Below, piece by piece: positions 61,689-64,000 of a DNA stretch of 64,000 bases; within the stretch, counting starts at the first letter, position 1, and every line of letters starts with the position of its first letter. The position numbers and the translations under genes were made by a program. The notes beneath the pieces were generated by a model. That model ran no database searches. It saw only the letters and a list, made by a program, of their open reading frames with translations, and was not told the DNA's origin. The stretch covers positions 320,001 to 384,000 of the forward strand of contig CAVPNL010000006.1 in the NCBI GenBank assembly GCA_963706575.1, in the 5' to 3' direction. This stretch comes from an uncultured delta proteobacterium (GTDB taxonomy: Bacteria; Desulfobacterota; Desulfobacteria; Desulfobacterales; JAHEIW01).

Positions 61689-62606
61689 ATGGATCTCTGG
61701 CAGCTAAATATTTTCTGCAAGGTTATCGAGCTTAAAAGTTTTTCAAAAGCAGGGAAAGCTATTCGCCTCTCCCAACCCACCATCAGCAGCCACATTAAAG
61801 ATCTGGAAGACCATTTTGACTGTCGGCTGATTGATCGTCTGTCCAAAAAAGCCATTCCCACCAAAGCCGGCGAGTTGTTGTATGGCTATGCAAAAAGAAT
61901 ACTGGCCCTGCGTGATGAAACCGAAACCGCTTTGGCGGAGTACAATGGAAAAATACGGGGGCGCCTTGTTATCGGCGGCAGTACGATACCCGGGACATAT
62001 TTGATGCCGCAACTGATCGGTGATTTTAAAAAAAAGTATCCGGATGTCATCGTCTCTCTAGTTATCGGGGATACGGATCATATTATTGAAAGCATTTTAA
62101 ACGGGAATTTGGAGCTTGGAATTGTCGGCGCGAAAGCAGAGACCCAAAAGATCATTCAAAAGAAATTAATCGAAGATGAGATGCGCCTGATCGTACCGGC
62201 GGATCATCGTTGGGCCGGTGAAGAGCGCGTGTCTTTAAAACGGCTTGTTTCAGAGCCATTCATTATCCGGGAACGCGGATCCGGAACTTTGAAATCACTG
62301 CACCAAAGCCTCATTGAATTAGGGCACAGCATTGAAGATCTAAAGGTTATCGCTGAATTGGGAAGCACCCAGGCAATTTGTCAGGGGATTAAAACCGGCG
62401 CCGGTGTATCGATTATTTCGACACTGGCCGTTGCCGAGGATCTTCAGGCGGGCAAATTCAGTGCACTTGAAGTAGATGGTCTGGACCTTAAGCGCAATTT
62501 TTACCTTACGCAACACCGATATCGCAGCCCCTCACCGTTGTCCGAGGCTTTTGTCAGATTCCTCGAAGAAAAGCTGGAAACAAATGAGCTAAAGTGCCTA
62601 AAGTGA
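61689..62606 (+). CDS. LysR-family regulator (CysL / selenium-metabolism-associated type)
   Basis: SFSKAG...LSQPTISSHI..LE, GGSTIPG.Y, RE.GSGT. Confidence 0.92.
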   Translation: MDLWQLNIFCKVIELKSFSKAGKAIRLSQPTISSHIKDLEDHFDCRLIDRLSKKAIPTKAGELLYGYAKRILALRDETETALAEYNGKIRGRLVIGGSTIPGTYLMPQLIGDFKKKYPDVIVSLVIGDTDHIIESILNGNLELGIVGAKAETQKIIQKKLIEDEMRLIVPADHRWAGEERVSLKRLVSEPFIIRERGSGTLKSLHQSLIELGHSIEDLKVIAELGSTQAICQGIKTGAGVSIISTLAVAEDLQAGKFSALEVDGLDLKRNFYLTQHRYRSPSPLSEAFVRFLEEKLETNELKCLK

Positions 62607-62714
62607 GCTAAAGTGCCTAAAGTTAAGGAATTCTATCATCTTAATATATAAGATGGAGCGCAGCGACACCAAAAACTTTAGTCACTTCCAACTTTAGTTC
62701 ACTTTAGTCACTTT
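62582..62714. repeat. Family A palindromic element, copy 4 (opposite orientation)
   Basis: Reverse complement closely matches 7672-7801 including the core; overlaps the 3' ends of both flanking genes. Confidence 0.9.
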
Positions 62715-63666
62715 CTTTAACCCTGGCCAACCGTTCAATAATCAACACAGCAATAAACCCGCTGATTGCCAGAACCAGCGCCAGTAATACCTCAGCGCTC
62801 ATTTTTTCCGGAATTATGTTGGCACCCCAGATGACATGGGATTTTCCCCGAACGATTTTGGTTTCAAGTATTTCCTTCCACGGCCAGATTTTTGGCATGG
62901 AGCCAACCATCAGGCCGGTGAGAAATGCCATCGTGAGCTGGCGGAAATTTGTTAGTAAAAAATTGAGCAGCCGGGAAAAACTGAGCAGGCCGATCAGGCA
63001 TCCCAGGCAGAATATGATAATGATCATCAGGTTCTGGGGTAAAAAAGGATTTTTTAAAGTGGCGGTGATAAACTCGTATTTGCCTAAAATCAGCAATATA
63101 AACGCACCGCTGATGCCGGGCAGGATCATGGCGCAAATGGCGATGATTCCACACAGTAAAATAAACCAGAGCGCTTCTGGAGTGGTCACCGGCATTAAGT
63201 TTACAATGAAAGCGGCAACAACGGTTCCGACAACCAGGCTGATGCCGGTGCGGGGCTCCCAGGTTGCCACCTGCCGGCTAACGACCAATATGGATGCCGC
63301 AATAAGGCCAAAGAAAAGGCTCCAGGTAAATACCGGATAGTGATTCAGCAGAAAATTCATCAGTCGCGCCAGACTGATGATGGCGATACCGATTCCGACA
63401 AAAAGGGAAAGCAAAAAACGAATGTGAACGCCTGCCAGGGCGCCCTTCAGGTCAAAGGCGAGTGCTTTTTTAACCATTGTGGCGTCGATTGATTTCAGGG
63501 CGCCAATCAGATCTTCATAAATTCCGGTGATCAACGCAATCGTGCCGCCGGAAACACCGGGGATCACATCGGCTGATCCCATGCACAGCCCTTTTAGCGA
63601 TAAGAGCCCGGCTTTTTTGACAGAAGCCGGCCCCGGGCTGGCAAAAAACGCTTCTTTCCAGGTCAA
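62704..63666 (-). CDS. DUF368 family membrane protein
   Basis: KG..MG.ADVIPGVSGGTIA.I.GIY, AMILPGISG, KIWPWK; TTG start follows AAGGAGG. Confidence 0.9.
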   Translation of the reverse strand: MTWKEAFFASPGPASVKKAGLLSLKGLCMGSADVIPGVSGGTIALITGIYEDLIGALKSIDATMVKKALAFDLKGALAGVHIRFLLSLFVGIGIAIISLARLMNFLLNHYPVFTWSLFFGLIAASILVVSRQVATWEPRTGISLVVGTVVAAFIVNLMPVTTPEALWFILLCGIIAICAMILPGISGAFILLILGKYEFITATLKNPFLPQNLMIIIIFCLGCLIGLLSFSRLLNFLLTNFRQLTMAFLTGLMVGSMPKIWPWKEILETKIVRGKSHVIWGANIIPEKMSAEVLLALVLAISGFIAVLIIERLARVKESD

Positions 63667-63719
63667 TTGTTTTTTGTCCTCCTTGAGCCCAAATCGGATA
63701 GAAATTCAACTTAGGGGCT

Positions 63720-64000
63720 TTATCTGTTTTCTTTCCAGCCGTGTGCCCCGATGAGTTTAACAAAGCGGCATCCTCCCAGGCTGGATTTATGGATACCCGC
63801 TTTATCCTTTGTAAACTTTATAAGATCCTGGGAGTACTGATTACCTACCGGCACCACAAGGCGTCCCCCTTCCGCCAGTTGTTTCAATAGCTTTTCAGGA
63901 ACCTCAGGAGCTCCTGCCGTCACAATAATAGCGTCAAATGGGCTTTCATCTTGCCACCCTGCAGTGCCGTCGCTGCAACGCATGACAACGTTGTGATAAT
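63720..64000 (-). CDS. pcm: Protein-L-isoaspartate O-methyltransferase, C-terminal part (start beyond window)
   Basis: DGTAGW...PFDAIIVTAG...P..L..QL..GGRLVVPVG, CRFVKLIG..GW. Confidence 0.92.
   Translation of the reverse strand, partial: YHNVVMRCSDGTAGWQDESPFDAIIVTAGAPEVPEKLLKQLAEGGRLVVPVGNQYSQDLIKFTKDKAGIHKSSLGGCRFVKLIGAHGWKENR

Noticed and set aside
2267..62714. CRISPR array interpretation of the short repeats
   Set aside because: Units are 7-10 bp, abut each other without unique spacers, and form inverted arms; no cas genes were seen.
1..64000. Numerous 60-200 aa alternative-frame and antisense ORFs; tRNA/rRNA genes
   Set aside because: The ORFs are shadows of well-supported genes with no motifs. 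I recognised no tRNA cloverleaf or rRNA signature, but no covariance search was run.

Overview
This is a gene-dense chromosomal window, most likely from a Desulfobacterales-type deltaproteobacterium. That assignment is an inference from the gene repertoire and the repeat types. Recognisable content: partial ilvD, a NitT/TauT-type ABC transporter, lgt, a PilZ/REC/GGDEF cluster, lutABC, a quinol-dependent NO reductase with an FNR/DNR-type box, a hybrid histidine kinase, Liv and polyamine ABC transporters, a frameshifted AsmA-like gene, a YifB/ComM ATPase, and a DUF4390-ntrY-ntrX-rsmD-coaD-lysR run. Three things stand out. (1) A translationally coupled operon pairs a catalytically degenerate membrane cyclase (dCache-GAF-pseudo-AC) with an MlaE/MlaD (MCE) system whose ABC ATPase has lost Walker A and the signature motif. 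(2) A sigma-54 operon under an OrpR-like PAS(CX8CX3C) activator encodes a cytochrome c, a Tat-exported metallo-beta-lactamase-fold protein, a polytopic membrane protein, two hypotheticals and a NifX-like protein. (3) About 15 small non-coding palindromic elements are present, many with inverted arms built of 7-10 bp tandem units. They fill five consecutive junctions of the housekeeping run, supply stop codons to two genes, and a similar heptamer array sits in frame inside a kinase. I saw no tRNA, rRNA, CRISPR array or transposase. All calls come from reading motifs by eye; no database searches were run.
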